Shown here: positions 13,245 to 24,625 of the stretch, piece by piece
Position numbering within the stretch: position 1 is the first letter of the stretch
Layout: every line of letters begins with the position of its first letter
Source: Escherichia coli
GTDB taxonomy: Bacteria; Pseudomonadota; Gammaproteobacteria; Enterobacterales; Enterobacteriaceae
Assembly (NCBI RefSeq): GCF_011045215.1
Contig: NZ_CP049201.1
Reading direction: 5' to 3' (one strand)
DNA length: 64,000 bases
Translations under genes and position numbers: made by a program
The notes under the pieces: model-generated
Seen by the model: only the letters and a program-made list of their open reading frames with translations
Database searches by the model: none
What the model was told of the DNA's origin: nothing

Positions 13245-14453
13245 CATCCGCGAGATTACCGACGCAATTACGCAGGCAATCAATAAACCGGGGAGTAGCT
13301 GATACTCCCCGGTCATTTCACATATCATCAACGTCGACATAATCGGTGCGTGCGTGGTTGCCGCCAACAGTGTCGCCATCCCGGTCAATCCGAGTAAAAG
13401 CGTAATTTCTTCGCCGTCAGGGAACCATAATCCCAGGCTACGACCATACAACATGCCAATGGCAAGACCGATAAATAGCGTCGGTGTAAAGACACCACCG
13501 GGCGCGCCGGAACCGCTACTCGCCAGCACGGCACACAGTTTACAAAGGAAGATCCCGGCAATGATCATTAACAGTGGCGGGGCGGTTAAAAAGGATTGTA
13601 CGGTGCTATAGCCGTTGCCCCACACTGCAGGTGTGAACAGGGAAAGCAGACCCACGATCAACCCGCCTAGTGCCAGTTGCCAGGGCGGTGCAAGTTTGAG
13701 ACTCACAAATCCACGATGACAGGCGTTCATTAACGTTAACAACAGTGGTCCGCACAGACCTGCCAGCACACCTGTACTGATAATCAGCGCATAGTCACGA
13801 GCCTGAACCGTCACTGAGAGTTGTACGCTGTAGAGTAACGCGTCGCTATGATTAATCAGATTGCTAACCAGCAATGCCACGACGGCGGAAATAATCACCG
13901 GGCCGAGAGAGGCCAACATCATAGTGCCAAACAGCACTTCGGCTATAAATAAACTGCCAGCAAGCGGGGCACGATAGGCCGCAGCCATTCCCGCCGCGGC
14001 CCCACAGGCGATCCATAATTTCCACTCCTGGCGTGGCGTAAAACGTTGGGCAAAACAGGAGGCGGCAAGGACAGCTAAAAGAATCATCGCACCTTCGCGA
14101 CCAATTGCACTGCCGCTGGTTACTACCAGCAGAGAGGCAAGCGATTTAACCAGGCTTGCTGCGTAATCAAACTGACCCTCGGTTTGCAACGCTTCCATAT
14201 AATCGGTCGGCGCATGAGGGCGTTGCTGGGTAAATTTCTGCCAGCCCATCAGCAACAAACCCGCCGCCAGTCCGCCGAGCGCCGGAGTTAGCAGCCGTCG
14301 CCAGGGGGAAAGGTTTGTCGCTGCATTGACCAGACTGCCGGAGTCATTATTGAGGAACAACCACTCCAGTAGCAGCATCGTATGACGAAACCCGGCAACG
14401 GCAAAGGCCGCGAGAATACCGACGACTGTTGCGATAAGCAGACGGCGGAACAT
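13197..14453 (-). CDS. clcB: Voltage-gated ClC-type chloride channel ClcB
   Basis: Polytopic protein with the ClC motifs GREGA and GGVFTP. Start at ATG 14453 ([12 protein letters not shown], 418 aa). Confidence 0.9.
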   Translation of the reverse strand: MFRRLLIATVVGILAAFAVAGFRHTMLLLEWLFLNNDSGSLVNAATNLSPWRRLLTPALGGLAAGLLLMGWQKFTQQRPHAPTDYMEALQTEGQFDYAASLVKSLASLLVVTSGSAIGREGAMILLAVLAASCFAQRFTPRQEWKLWIACGAAAGMAAAYRAPLAGSLFIAEVLFGTMMLASLGPVIISAVVALLVSNLINHSDALLYSVQLSVTVQARDYALIISTGVLAGLCGPLLLTLMNACHRGFVSLKLAPPWQLALGGLIVGLLSLFTPAVWGNGYSTVQSFLTAPPLLMIIAGIFLCKLCAVLASSGSGAPGGVFTPTLFIGLAIGMLYGRSLGLWFPDGEEITLLLGLTGMATLLAATTHAPIMSTLMICEMTGEYQLLPGLLIACVIASVISRMLHRDSIYRQHTAQHS

Positions 14454-14646
14454 AGTGCGCAGATCCGGATAGGTGTGTAGATGATGCATGAGCAGAAATG
14501 GGCAATGAAACACGGGCGACTATTTTGCGGCAAAAGAGGCCAGCTGCAAAAGCAGTGCGTGCTTTAAGAGATAAAAAACGTGACACTGTAACCTATTATT
14601 GCCGAATTGCGCGTAATCGCCACTATCCGGCAATATTACGGTGATC

Positions 14647-15261
14647 CTATCGAAAGAGTGGTTTAACCGCGACAGGAATCAACAGTTGTGATTGCCATTG
14701 CGCCAGCGTTAAGCGAGCCAGTTCACCCAGTGCACGGTAGAAAGGGTGTTCTGCTTTTTCGATAAAAACGTCAAGAAAACGTGTTGACCACGGAAAAAGG
14801 TGCCATGCCAGCAATTCTTCGCATTCTGTCTGGCGACCATTCTCCGCCAACCACGCAGCCATCAACAGCAGTGAACCAAAATGATCTTCCGGTTCGTTTT
14901 GCTTCATTTCAAACTGAATGCCTTTCTCGCGCATCCACTGACGAAGTGCCAATGTTGAATCGCCAAACAGCACAGATTCGCGATCCAGCCAGACCGATCC
15001 CCACGGCGGAGACGGCAGTGCCCACGGGCCGACAAACAAACGCTGCCAGGCCTGGGCGTGAGTCTCTTCACACTGTGTCTGAAAAGCCGTCACCAGCGGC
15101 GCTAATGACGCTTCTGGTAGAGGCCACTGAGTTTCCCAGCCGTCACGGGTGAGTACCGCAACCAGAGGTGCGGCTTCCGCACTCTCTGGAGCGTAATAAA
15201 ACAGCGCGCCCAACACGCGCGCCGCGACAGAAAAATTATCTTGCTGTGAAAAATGGGTCAT
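14647..15261 (-). CDS. dmsD: Tat proofreading chaperone DmsD
   Basis: MTHFSQQDNFSVAARVLGALFYYAPES..., 204 aa from ATG 15261. Last gene of the ynfEFGH-dmsD operon. Confidence 0.9.
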   Translation of the reverse strand: MTHFSQQDNFSVAARVLGALFYYAPESAEAAPLVAVLTRDGWETQWPLPEASLAPLVTAFQTQCEETHAQAWQRLFVGPWALPSPPWGSVWLDRESVLFGDSTLALRQWMREKGIQFEMKQNEPEDHFGSLLLMAAWLAENGRQTECEELLAWHLFPWSTRFLDVFIEKAEHPFYRALGELARLTLAQWQSQLLIPVAVKPLFR

Positions 15262-15303
15262 TCCTAACATCCTGAAATGTGCGGGTTGCCCCGCACCAAT
15301 TTG

Positions 15304-16158
15304 TTAACCTGCAATAGCCACTCCTACCGTCATGTGCAGGCCATAAAAGAGCACACGCCCGATCATCTCACCGCCAAGAATGAGGATTAACCCCAGAATA
15401 AGTCCGGCAACGTGAGGTTCACGGCGACGTATGAGCGGACAAAGCCAGCATCCTAGACCTGCACATAACAATACCACACGCCAGACCTGTAAGGAGGCGT
15501 AATCTGGTACCAGTGCGCTGGCTTGTTGCACGGATGAGTGAATAGACGACAGAGACAAACCTTGCAGCACAATCACCCCGGCACAAGCGATCAGCGCCAG
15601 AACGCTAATGATGGCAAATGGTGTGGTATTAAATGTAACGCGGGCTGCCCGCAGAATTGCGGCAGCAAGTATTGGACCACTCAACAATACCGTCAGGAAG
15701 AAAGCCAGCGTAGTGTAACCGTTATGCCAGGTTGGCACAGTGTCGATTTGATACACGCAGGTCATCATCCAGACGAAAATGACGCCGAGCGCCATGCTGA
15801 CAAGTAACCAGAGTTTCCCCAACGCTTGCGGCATTTTACCGATGACCGCCACCAGCCACCATAGTCCGCCAACGGCAAAAAATATGGAACCGGCAGCAAT
15901 CTCGTTACTCAGACCAGAAGCTCCGATTCGATTCAGCGAGTTAAACGCCCGCAGTGGCGATCCCAGGTGCATGACAGAGGCAATAAACCCGATGCCCATC
16001 AACAGCCAGAGGAAAAACATGCCACGAACAATGTGCTGACGGTCTGCGTCATTTTTGGCGGCGAACCAGCCAATTCCGCTAACAATCAGCGCGCCTACTA
16101 CGCATTGACCCAATACGGTAAAGATAACCAGTGGCCATTCATGCCATCCATTTCCCAT
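15304..16158 (-). CDS. ynfH: DmsC-like membrane anchor subunit YnfH
   Basis: MGNGWHEWPLVIFTVLGQCVVGALIV, 284 aa from ATG 16158, hydrophobic throughout. Confidence 0.9.
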   Translation of the reverse strand: MGNGWHEWPLVIFTVLGQCVVGALIVSGIGWFAAKNDADRQHIVRGMFFLWLLMGIGFIASVMHLGSPLRAFNSLNRIGASGLSNEIAAGSIFFAVGGLWWLVAVIGKMPQALGKLWLLVSMALGVIFVWMMTCVYQIDTVPTWHNGYTTLAFFLTVLLSGPILAAAILRAARVTFNTTPFAIISVLALIACAGVIVLQGLSLSSIHSSVQQASALVPDYASLQVWRVVLLCAGLGCWLCPLIRRREPHVAGLILGLILILGGEMIGRVLFYGLHMTVGVAIAG

Positions 16159-16159
16159 T

Positions 16160-16777
16160 TTACACTTCCTCCGGATTAGCCAGATAACCAGTGGTATCGC
16201 CGGTCGGGCGGCTGTTGGCGTTAGGTTTGATAACGATATTGGGTTTTGTGAAATGCGCGCGCGGCAGTGGCGCGACGGCAGCCAGAGTGCCGTGCTTCTG
16301 GCGCAGCTCTTCAATTGGACCGAACTCAAGTGCACGCAGCGGGCAGGATTCGACGCATATGGGTTGTTTCCCCTCGGCGACGCGCGAATAACAACCATCG
16401 CACTTCGTCATGTGCCCTTTTTCAGCATTGTACTGTGGCGCGCCGTACGGACAAGCCATGTGGCAGTAGCGGCAGCCGATACAAACATCTTCATCAACCA
16501 CCACAAAGCCATCTTCACGCTTATGCATTGCGCCGCTGGGGCAGACTTTTGTACATGCGGGGTCATCGCAATGGTTACAGGAGATGGAGAGATAATAAGC
16601 GAACACGTTCTGGTGCCAGACGCCATTATCTTCCTGCCAGTCGCCGCCAGCATATTCATAAATACGGCGGAAACTGACTTCCGGGCCAAGATCTTTAAAA
16701 TCTTTGCACGCCAGTTCGCAGGTTTTACAGCCAGTGCAGCGGCTGGAATCGATAAAAAATCCATATTGTGTGGTCAT
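16160..16777 (-). CDS. ynfG: DmsB-like 4x[4Fe-4S] electron transfer subunit YnfG
   Basis: 205 aa with four Cys clusters (CTGCKTCELAC, CNHCDDPAC, CIGCRYCHMAC, CDGC...C). Confidence 0.9.
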   Translation of the reverse strand: MTTQYGFFIDSSRCTGCKTCELACKDFKDLGPEVSFRRIYEYAGGDWQEDNGVWHQNVFAYYLSISCNHCDDPACTKVCPSGAMHKREDGFVVVDEDVCIGCRYCHMACPYGAPQYNAEKGHMTKCDGCYSRVAEGKQPICVESCPLRALEFGPIEELRQKHGTLAAVAPLPRAHFTKPNIVIKPNANSRPTGDTTGYLANPEEV

Positions 16778-16787
16778 GGGCTACTCC

Positions 16788-19214
16788 TTAAACCTTTTCG
16801 ATCTGGACAAGATTGCTGTGCGACGGGTTTCCCTTTGCCAGCGGTGAAGGGCGGTGAGAGGTCAGAATATTAATACTGCCGCCGTGATCGACCCGGTCAC
16901 CAAACATATCCGCTTTAAGCCACGCACCTTGCCCGATGGCGGTAACGCCAGGCAGAATACGCGGAGTCACTTTTGCGGCAATCAGCATTTCTCCATTATT
17001 GTTAAATACCCGCACGGTATCGCCATGACGGATACCGCGAGCCTGAGCATCAATGGGGTTGATCCACACCTCTTGTGGGCAGGCCTGCTGTAACACATCA
17101 ATATTGCCGTAGCTGGAGTGGGTACGCGCTTTGTAGTGGAAGCCCGTTAACTGCAGTGGATAGGTTTTCCGCAGGGGATCGTCCCAGCCATCAAAACCTG
17201 GGGTATACGCAGGAAGGGGATGAATAATTTCATCTTTTTTCAATTCCCAGGTATCTGCAATCTTCGCCAGTCGTTCAGAATAAATTTCGATTTTCCCCGA
17301 AGGTGTTTTCAACGGGTTTGCCTGTGGATCTTCACGGAATGCGCGGAAAGCGACGTAGTGTTCTTCCGGGCATTTTTTCTTAAAGATCCCGGTCGTTTTC
17401 ATCTCCTCGTAGTCGGGCATCTCAGGGTTACGTTCCTTCGTTTTCGCATGGAGATATTTGATCCATTCATGCTGACTGCGACCTTCAGTAAAGGTTTGAT
17501 AAACGTCCGGTCCTAAGCGGTTGGCGACTTCACTCAGCATCCAGTAGATGGGTTTGCGTTCAAATTTTGCTGAGGTTGCGGGTTGGGCGAGGATCACATA
17601 GCCCATATTCCCTGCAGATTCATGAGAGATAAGGTCTTCTTGCTCTGTTGGCATCAGGTCGGGCAACAGGATATCGCAATACTTAGCCGAGGCCGTCATG
17701 AAGTGGTCAATGCCAACAATCATCTCGCACTTGCTGTCATCCTGAAGCACCTCATGGGTGTGATTGATGTCGCCATGTTGATTGATCAATGTGTTACTGG
17801 CGTAGCACCATAAAAACTTGATGGGGACATCCAGTTTTTCTTTTCCACGAACACCATCACGGGTCGCGGTCATTTCCGTACCATGGTCGATGGCATCTGT
17901 CCATGTAAAGACGGAAATCTGCGTTTTAACAGGATTCTCGAGCATCGGGAACCATTCTACCCCCAGATCCCAGCTACCTTCGCGTACGCCTGAGTTGCCG
18001 CCGTTTATGCCGACGTTACCGGTGAGAACGGAAAGCATGGCAATAGCGCGGGATGTTTGTTCGCCGTTGGAGTGTCGTTGTGGCCCCCAACCCTGACAAA
18101 TATAAGCAGGTTTTGCTGAACCGATCTCTCGTGCCAACTGGATAATTTTTTCTGCCGGGATGCTGGTGATTTTTGCTGCCCATTCCGGCGTTTTAGCTAT
18201 GCCGTCAGGCCCTTCGCCCAGAATATAGGCTTTATAATGCGCGTTACGTGGTGCGTTGGCGGGAAGCGTTTTTTCATCGTAACCAACACAATATTTGTCG
18301 AGAAATGGCTGATCGACCATGTTTTCAGTAATCAGTACCCAGGCAATCGCACAGGCCAGTGCGCCATCGGTGCCAGGGCGAATGGGCAGCCATTCATCTT
18401 CACGTCCGGCAGCTGTGTCGTTATAACGTGGATCGATGACGATCATGCGTGCGTTTGAACGTTCGCGGGCTTGCTCGACGTAGTAAGTGACACCACCACC
18501 GCTCATCCGCGTTTCTGCCGGGTTATTTCCGAACATAACGACCAGTTTCGTATTGGCGATATCATCCGGGCTGTTGCCATCATTGGCACCGAACATATAA
18601 CTCATTGCGGCACTGATCTGTGCGGTACTGTAGCTGCCATAGCGACTGAGAAAACCACCGCAAGAGTTCATCAGACGGTACGGGACGTTTGAGTTGGTGA
18701 TGTTTCCGCCATCTACACCTGTTCCGTACAGGACATGTACAGCCTCATTGCCGTAATCTTTTAGGATCTGCCGAAGATTATCACTGATGGTATCCAGGGC
18801 TTCGTCCCAACTTATCCGTTCAAATTTACCTTCACCGCGCTTGCCGACGCGCTTCATGGGATATTTCAACCTATCAGGATGATTCATCCGTCGGCGGATA
18901 GAGCGCCCGCGTAAACACGCTCGAACCTGATGATTACCGTAGACGTCGTCACCTGTCGTATCAGACTCCACCCAGTACACGGTGTCATCTTTCACATGCA
19001 AACGTAACAGACAGCGGCTCCCGCAGTTAACGGTGCAGGAACTCCAGACCGCTTTCTCTTCTACCGGAGCCTCTGCCGCCCGGACCATTTGGGAAAATGG
19101 CAGAGTGAAAGCACTGCTTGCCAGCGCAAGACTGCCAAGTGCGGAGGTTTTCATCAGACTTCTACGGCTGATTTCAGCCTTCATGAGCGCCTCTGTGGTA
19201 TGGATTTTCATCAT
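16788..19214 (-). CDS. ynfF: Mo-bisPGD oxidoreductase catalytic subunit YnfF (DmsA paralog)
   Basis: 808 aa with Tat signal SRRSLMKTSALGSLALA and an N-terminal Cys cluster CTVNCGSRC. Confidence 0.9.
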   Translation of the reverse strand: MMKIHTTEALMKAEISRRSLMKTSALGSLALASSAFTLPFSQMVRAAEAPVEEKAVWSSCTVNCGSRCLLRLHVKDDTVYWVESDTTGDDVYGNHQVRACLRGRSIRRRMNHPDRLKYPMKRVGKRGEGKFERISWDEALDTISDNLRQILKDYGNEAVHVLYGTGVDGGNITNSNVPYRLMNSCGGFLSRYGSYSTAQISAAMSYMFGANDGNSPDDIANTKLVVMFGNNPAETRMSGGGVTYYVEQARERSNARMIVIDPRYNDTAAGREDEWLPIRPGTDGALACAIAWVLITENMVDQPFLDKYCVGYDEKTLPANAPRNAHYKAYILGEGPDGIAKTPEWAAKITSIPAEKIIQLAREIGSAKPAYICQGWGPQRHSNGEQTSRAIAMLSVLTGNVGINGGNSGVREGSWDLGVEWFPMLENPVKTQISVFTWTDAIDHGTEMTATRDGVRGKEKLDVPIKFLWCYASNTLINQHGDINHTHEVLQDDSKCEMIVGIDHFMTASAKYCDILLPDLMPTEQEDLISHESAGNMGYVILAQPATSAKFERKPIYWMLSEVANRLGPDVYQTFTEGRSQHEWIKYLHAKTKERNPEMPDYEEMKTTGIFKKKCPEEHYVAFRAFREDPQANPLKTPSGKIEIYSERLAKIADTWELKKDEIIHPLPAYTPGFDGWDDPLRKTYPLQLTGFHYKARTHSSYGNIDVLQQACPQEVWINPIDAQARGIRHGDTVRVFNNNGEMLIAAKVTPRILPGVTAIGQGAWLKADMFGDRVDHGGSINILTSHRPSPLAKGNPSHSNLVQIEKV

Positions 19215-19271
19215 TACTCACTTATTGCTTTTCAAACAAAATGTCATGCCAGAATTTATGTTTGTAGTGGG

Positions 19272-21698
19272 TTATATTTTTTCGATCTCGACCAGATTAG
19301 TGTGCTGCGGGTTTCCCTTCGCCAGTGGTGAAGGGCGCAGAGTGGTTAGCGTATTCACACAGCCTCCATGGTCGATTTTATCGCCAGACATATCGGCCTC
19401 GTGCCAGGCTCCCTGGCCCATAGCGCTAACTCCAGGGAGAATACGTGGTGTCACTTTGGCTGGTAGCCGAACTTCGCCACGATGGTTAAACACCCGCACC
19501 ATATCGCCGTTGGCAATCCCACGTTTCTGCGCATCTATAGGGTTGATCCACACCTCCTGACGGCAGGCAGCCTTCAGGAGATCAATATTGCCGTAGGTCG
19601 AGTGAGTACGGGATTTGTAATGGAAACCAAACAGTTGCAGTGGGAAGGTTCTACGTTCAGGGGAGTCCCAGCCTTCAAAGGTTGAGGCATAAACTGGCAG
19701 TGGGCTTATCACTTCATCTTTTTCCAGTTCCCAGGTACGGGCAATTTCCGCCAGCCTGCTGGAATAAATTTCAATCTTACCGGAAGGCGTTTTAAGTGGA
19801 TTTGCCTCGGGGTCGTCACGAAATGCTTTGTAGGCGACAAAATGACCATTGGGATCTTTACGCTTATAGATACCCATTTTTTTCAGTTCGTCGTAAGACG
19901 GTAACGCCGGATCTTTGGCAAGCATTTTGGCGTACAGATGTTGTAACCATTGTTCCTGCGTGCGACCTTCTGTGAACTTTTGATAGACGTCAGGTCCAAG
20001 ACGTTTCGCGACTTCACTCAGGATCCAGTAAATCGGTTTGCGTTCGAATTTTTCGCTGGTGACAGGCTGGAGGAAAATGAGATATCCCATGTTACCGGCG
20101 TAGTCGTTAGGAATAATATCTTCCTGCTCAACGGTCATCAGGTCTGGCAGCAGAATGTCGGCATATTTTGCCGATGAGGTCATAAAGTTTTCGATGACCA
20201 CAATCATTTCGCATTTCGATTCGTCTTGCAGAATTTCATGCGTTTTGTTGATGTCAGAATGCTGATTAACGAGGGTATTTCCCGCGTAGTTCCAGATGAA
20301 CTTAATGGGCACATCCAGTTTATCTTTGCCCCGGACGCCGTCGCGGATTGCCGTCATTTGCGGGCCATGATCGATAGCATCTGTCCAGCTGAAGCAGGAG
20401 ATTGACGTTTTGACCGGATTGTCCAGCACCGGCAGGCGTTCTATGGTAATGGTATAGGTCGATTCACGCGCGCCACTATTTCCGCCGCTGATGCCGACAT
20501 TGCCCGTCAGAATAGGCAACATAGCAATAGCGCGTGCGGTCAGCTCGCCGTTTGCCTGGCGTTGTGGCCCCCAGCCCTGGCAGATATAAGCGGGTTTTGC
20601 TGTGCCAATTTCACGCGCCAGTTTGATGATACGGTCCACCGGGATACCGGTAATTTGCGAAGCCCACTGCGGCGTTTTCGCTGTTTTATCGTCACCTTCA
20701 CCAAGAATATAGGCTTTATAGTGACCATTTTTGGGGGCATCTGCGGGTAAGGTTTTTTCGTCATAGCCGACGCAGTATTTATCGAGAAAAGGTTGATCAA
20801 CGAGATTTTCGTTAATCAATACCCAGGCAATACCCGCAACCAGCGCGGCATCGGTGCCCGGGCGAATAGGAAGCCATTCATCTTCACGACCAGCAGCCGT
20901 ATCGGTATATCGCGGATCGATAACAATCATTTTTGCGTTCGATTTTTCGCGCGCTTTTTCAAGAAGATAAGTGATGCCACCGCCGCTCATGCGGGTTTCT
21001 GCCGGGTTGTTACCAAACATCACGACCAGCTTGCTGTTTTCAATATCCGTGGTGCTGTTGCCATCATTACTGCCGTAGGTGTAGGGCATGGCACAGGAAA
21101 TTTGCGCGGTGCTGTAGGAGCCATACTGATTGAGTGAACCGCCGTAGCAGTTCATCAGGCGTTTGACCGCCGAGGCTGATGGCGAAGAGCGGGTCATATT
21201 GCCGCCAACGATCCCCGAAGAGTACTGAATATATACAGCCTCATTGCCATATTGTTCGACGGTTTTCTTCAGGCTACTGGCGATAGTATCCAGGGCTTCA
21301 TCCCAGCTAATCCGTTCGAATTTGCCTTCGCCGCGTTTGCCCGCGCGTTTCATTGGGTAATTCAAGCGATCGGGATGATTAATACGCCGGCGGATGGAGC
21401 GACCGCGCAAACAGGCGCGTACCTGATGGTTGCCGTACTCATCGCTGCCGGTATTGTCAGTTTCCACCCAGGTCACTTCATTATCTTTAACATGTAGACG
21501 AAGTGCACAGCGGCTACCACAGTTGACGGAACAGGCACCCCAGACCACTTTTTCGCTGGCCTGTTGTACCGCTGCCGCTGCACTGCGCAGGGTGAACGGT
21601 AAAGAAAAACCGCCTGCAGCCAGGGCCAGAGAACCTATCGCGGTAGATTTAACGAGTGTTCTGCGGCTGATGCCCACCATTTGTTCATTTTTGGACAT
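19272..21698 (-). CDS. ynfE: Mo-bisPGD oxidoreductase catalytic subunit YnfE (selenate reductase-associated DmsA paralog)
   Basis: 808 aa with Tat signal SRRTLVKSTAIGSLALA, colinear with YnfF. Confidence 0.9.
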   Translation of the reverse strand: MSKNEQMVGISRRTLVKSTAIGSLALAAGGFSLPFTLRSAAAAVQQASEKVVWGACSVNCGSRCALRLHVKDNEVTWVETDNTGSDEYGNHQVRACLRGRSIRRRINHPDRLNYPMKRAGKRGEGKFERISWDEALDTIASSLKKTVEQYGNEAVYIQYSSGIVGGNMTRSSPSASAVKRLMNCYGGSLNQYGSYSTAQISCAMPYTYGSNDGNSTTDIENSKLVVMFGNNPAETRMSGGGITYLLEKAREKSNAKMIVIDPRYTDTAAGREDEWLPIRPGTDAALVAGIAWVLINENLVDQPFLDKYCVGYDEKTLPADAPKNGHYKAYILGEGDDKTAKTPQWASQITGIPVDRIIKLAREIGTAKPAYICQGWGPQRQANGELTARAIAMLPILTGNVGISGGNSGARESTYTITIERLPVLDNPVKTSISCFSWTDAIDHGPQMTAIRDGVRGKDKLDVPIKFIWNYAGNTLVNQHSDINKTHEILQDESKCEMIVVIENFMTSSAKYADILLPDLMTVEQEDIIPNDYAGNMGYLIFLQPVTSEKFERKPIYWILSEVAKRLGPDVYQKFTEGRTQEQWLQHLYAKMLAKDPALPSYDELKKMGIYKRKDPNGHFVAYKAFRDDPEANPLKTPSGKIEIYSSRLAEIARTWELEKDEVISPLPVYASTFEGWDSPERRTFPLQLFGFHYKSRTHSTYGNIDLLKAACRQEVWINPIDAQKRGIANGDMVRVFNHRGEVRLPAKVTPRILPGVSAMGQGAWHEADMSGDKIDHGGCVNTLTTLRPSPLAKGNPQHTNLVEIEKI

Positions 21699-21896
21699 AA
21701 CTCACTCCCTGTTCTTTATCGTTATATAAATGTTTATATATTGAATATTTAGCGCGCTAACAATAGAGGGAGTCTACCCATTTTGGGTTAAGAATTATTA
21801 ATCCACATCAATAGAAGGGTATGAGTAATATGGTGGGATTATGTTGTATGTTCAAATCGCCGGATGTGTCATATCCGGCGTTCAGTCGATAATGTG

Positions 21897-22202
21897 TTAC
21901 TGCGGTTCGGCAGGCGCGCCATCCTGGGTAGACTGCGCGGGAGCAGAGACGTTACCGCTGGTGGTGCGGGTGTAGAGAATTTTATGCGTATCATTAGCAC
22001 AATGCCCGACGACCTGGGAATCAGGCTGATCAACCTGGTCATTGGGTACAATACTTAACGTGAAGCTGCTTTCGGGTACGCCATTATTGATAATGCGCTG
22101 TGATATATCGCTCTGTATGCGCTCACAGGATCCCGGCGCGGCGAGTACCGTGGGTGAGGAGAGGGCGAGCAGAAGCGCGGCACAGCAGGCTGAGAGTTTC
22201 AT
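21897..22202 (-). CDS. ynfD: Secreted DUF1161 protein YnfD
   Basis: MKLSACCAALLLALSSPTVLAAPGSCERIQS..., 101 aa from ATG 22202. Confidence 0.8.
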   Translation of the reverse strand: MKLSACCAALLLALSSPTVLAAPGSCERIQSDISQRIINNGVPESSFTLSIVPNDQVDQPDSQVVGHCANDTHKILYTRTTSGNVSAPAQSTQDGAPAEPQ

Positions 22203-22309
22203 CATAAGCTCCTTACGCGAAGATAACTTCTTTAAGCATAGCATTTAACGTGTAAAGTACTGTATTTGCTACTATGATTGAGAATCATCTCTACTCTCTG
22301 GTGACTGAT

Positions 22310-23020
22310 GTGAAATACAAATTACTGCCATGCTTACTCGCGATATTACTCACAGGATGTGACCGCACAGAGGTAACACTTTCATTTACTCCTGAGATGG
22401 CCAGTTTCTCTAATGAATTCGATTTTGATCCGCTGCGTGGTCCGGTAAAAGATTTCACTCAGACATTAATGGATGAGCAAGGTGAAGTGACGAAACGTGT
22501 TTCGGGGACTTTGTCGGAAGAAGGCTGTTTTGATTCACTCGAATTACTGGATCTGGAAAATAATACCGTGGTCGCTCTGGTACTGGACGCCAATTATTAC
22601 CGTGATGCCGAGACGCTGGAGAAGAGAGTACGTTTACAGGGAAAATGCCAGCTAGCGGAATTACCTTCCGCCGGGGTGAGTTGGGAAACCGATGATAATG
22701 GCTTCGTGATTAAAGCCAGCAGCAAACAGATGCAGATGGAATATCGCTATGATGATCAGGGGTATCCGCTGGGTAAAACCACGAAAAGTAACGACAAAAC
22801 ATTATCTGTCAGCGCCACGCCATCAACGGATCCGATCAAAAAATTAGATTACACAGCGGTTACTTTACTGAACAATCAACGGGTTGGTAATGTAAAACAG
22901 AGCTGTGAATATGACAGTCACGCCAATCCGGTGGACTGTCAGCTGATCATTGTTGATGAAGGAGTAAAACCCGCCGTCGAACGGGTTTACACCATCAAAA
23001 ATACAATCGATTATTATTAA
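22310..23020 (+). CDS. ynfC: Lipoprotein YnfC (UPF0257)
   Basis: (V)KYKLLPCLLAILLTGC lipobox. GTG start at 22310 gives the 236-aa K-12 length. The start is less certain than the frame. Confidence 0.8.
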   Translation: MKYKLLPCLLAILLTGCDRTEVTLSFTPEMASFSNEFDFDPLRGPVKDFTQTLMDEQGEVTKRVSGTLSEEGCFDSLELLDLENNTVVALVLDANYYRDAETLEKRVRLQGKCQLAELPSAGVSWETDDNGFVIKASSKQMQMEYRYDDQGYPLGKTTKSNDKTLSVSATPSTDPIKKLDYTAVTLLNNQRVGNVKQSCEYDSHANPVDCQLIIVDEGVKPAVERVYTIKNTIDYY

Positions 23021-23022
23021 TG

Positions 23023-23583
23023 CTATTGTGCGGTCGGCTTCAGGAGAGTCTGACCCGGTGTTTTGTGCTCTGCCAGATACTGATGCTGGAATATACACAT
23101 GCGAATGGCATTACGATATTGACCATTAATAAAGAACTCATGCATCAATTCACCTTCAACCGTAAAGCCAAGCTTGCGGTAAATGTGAATCGCTTTTTCA
23201 TTCTCTTTATCGACGATCAGATACAGCTTATAGAGATTGAGAACGGTGAAGCCATAGTCCATTGCTAATTTGGCGGCACGGGTTGCCAGACCTTTCCCCT
23301 GATACTCCGGGGAGATAATTATCTGAAATTCTGCGCGGCGATGAACATGGTTAATTTCCACCAGCTCCACCAGACCGGCTTTTTCGCCGTCACATTCCAC
23401 CACAAAGCGCCGTTCGCTCTGATCGTGAATATGCTTATCATACAGATCAGAGAGTTCAACAAAGGCTTCGTAGGGTTCCTCAAACCAGTAACGCATCACA
23501 CTGGCGTTATTGTCGAGTTGATGTACATAGCGTAAATCTTCACGCTCCAGCGGGCGTAGCTTAACACTGTGGGCGCTTGGCAT
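23023..23583 (-). CDS. speG: Spermidine N1-acetyltransferase
   Basis: 186 aa starting [39 protein letters not shown], with a GNAT fold motif. Confidence 0.95.
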   Translation of the reverse strand: MPSAHSVKLRPLEREDLRYVHQLDNNASVMRYWFEEPYEAFVELSDLYDKHIHDQSERRFVVECDGEKAGLVELVEINHVHRRAEFQIIISPEYQGKGLATRAAKLAMDYGFTVLNLYKLYLIVDKENEKAIHIYRKLGFTVEGELMHEFFINGQYRNAIRMCIFQHQYLAEHKTPGQTLLKPTAQ

Positions 23584-23617
23584 AACGTGTCCTTACATTC
23601 CTTAAATCAATAACAGG

Positions 23618-23959
23618 TTAGGGGGTAATAACGCGGCCAGTTCGACGGTCCAGGCAGCGCAAAGTATTGGGCTCCCAGTAGGCATTGATGTTGGCGCTTT
23701 GCTCACATTTATCGCGGTTATCAAAAGCGGCGTCGGCTTTATCCCACTCTTTTTCAGTGCGTTTATTCACTTTCTGGCGCAGATTGCGCGTGTCATTCCA
23801 TTGCTCTTTTTCCATAGCGGCGTGCTGGCGGCTTTGTGCACTGTCGCCAGACTCAATCACCAGTTTGTTAGTTTCGGCATGAACAGTTGTGCTCAATGCC
23901 AGTGCGCAAGGCAGCAGAAAAGCGAGCAGGCCGATTCGTTTGCTGAGAGTGATTTTCAT
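23618..23959 (-). CDS. ynfB: Secreted DUF1283 protein YnfB
   Basis: 113 aa with a signal peptide. Operon position upstream of speG. Confidence 0.85.
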
Positions 23960-24093
23960 AATTCATTCCCTGTGTGAATGATTAAAGGTGATTCTACACC
24001 ATCCACTGCGAACGCAAAACGTACCAGGAGGGTGTTTATATTGATGATATTATGTCGCCCTATAACTATACATGATGTCAATAAGTGACAAAG

Positions 24094-24420
24094 ATGATTA
24101 AAACAACGTTACTATTTTTTGCTACTGCGCTGTGTGAAATTATTGGATGCTTTCTGCCCTGGTTGTGGTTAAAACGAAACGCCAGTATCTGGCTGTTGCT
24201 TCCGGCGGGGATTTCTCTGGCGCTGTTTGTCTGGTTGTTAACGTTGCATCCTGCGGCGAGTGGGCGTGTTTACGCCGCTTATGGTGGCGTTTATGTCTGC
24301 ACGGCGTTGATGTGGCTGCGCGTTGTGGATGGCGTGAAACTGAGTCTTTATGACTGGACGGGGGCGTTGATTGCGCTTTGCGGCATGTTGATCATTGTTG
24401 CCGGCTGGGGGCGCACGTAA
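24094..24420 (+). CDS. ynfA: UPF0060 small membrane protein YnfA
   Basis: [26 protein letters not shown], 108 aa, four TM segments. Confidence 0.85.
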   Translation: MIKTTLLFFATALCEIIGCFLPWLWLKRNASIWLLLPAGISLALFVWLLTLHPAASGRVYAAYGGVYVCTALMWLRVVDGVKLSLYDWTGALIALCGMLIIVAGWGRT

Positions 24421-24625
24421 GGACATAAATCTATTTTATCAATAAGATACGAGGAAGCGTCAGCTGATAAAAGGTACTCTATTTCATCTTTTGTCAACCA
24501 TTCATGGCGAAAATATACGCCTTTTTTTGTGATCACTCCGGCTTTTTTTGATCTTCATACTTGTATGGTAGTAGCTCAGTTGCGTAGATTTCATGCATCA
24601 CGACAAGCGATGCAAGGAATCGAAC

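Noticed and set aside
16191-16873. Several 66-206-aa ORFs on both strands across ynfG
   Set aside because: They are nested in or antisense to the Fe-S subunit gene, whose four Cys clusters identify the true frame. Their products are Arg/Ala-rich junk.
16788-21698. Two adjacent 808-aa near-colinear genes, considered as an unusual recent duplication
   Set aside because: This is the well-known ynfE/ynfF paralog pair of the ynfEFGH-dmsD operon, ordinary for E. coli.
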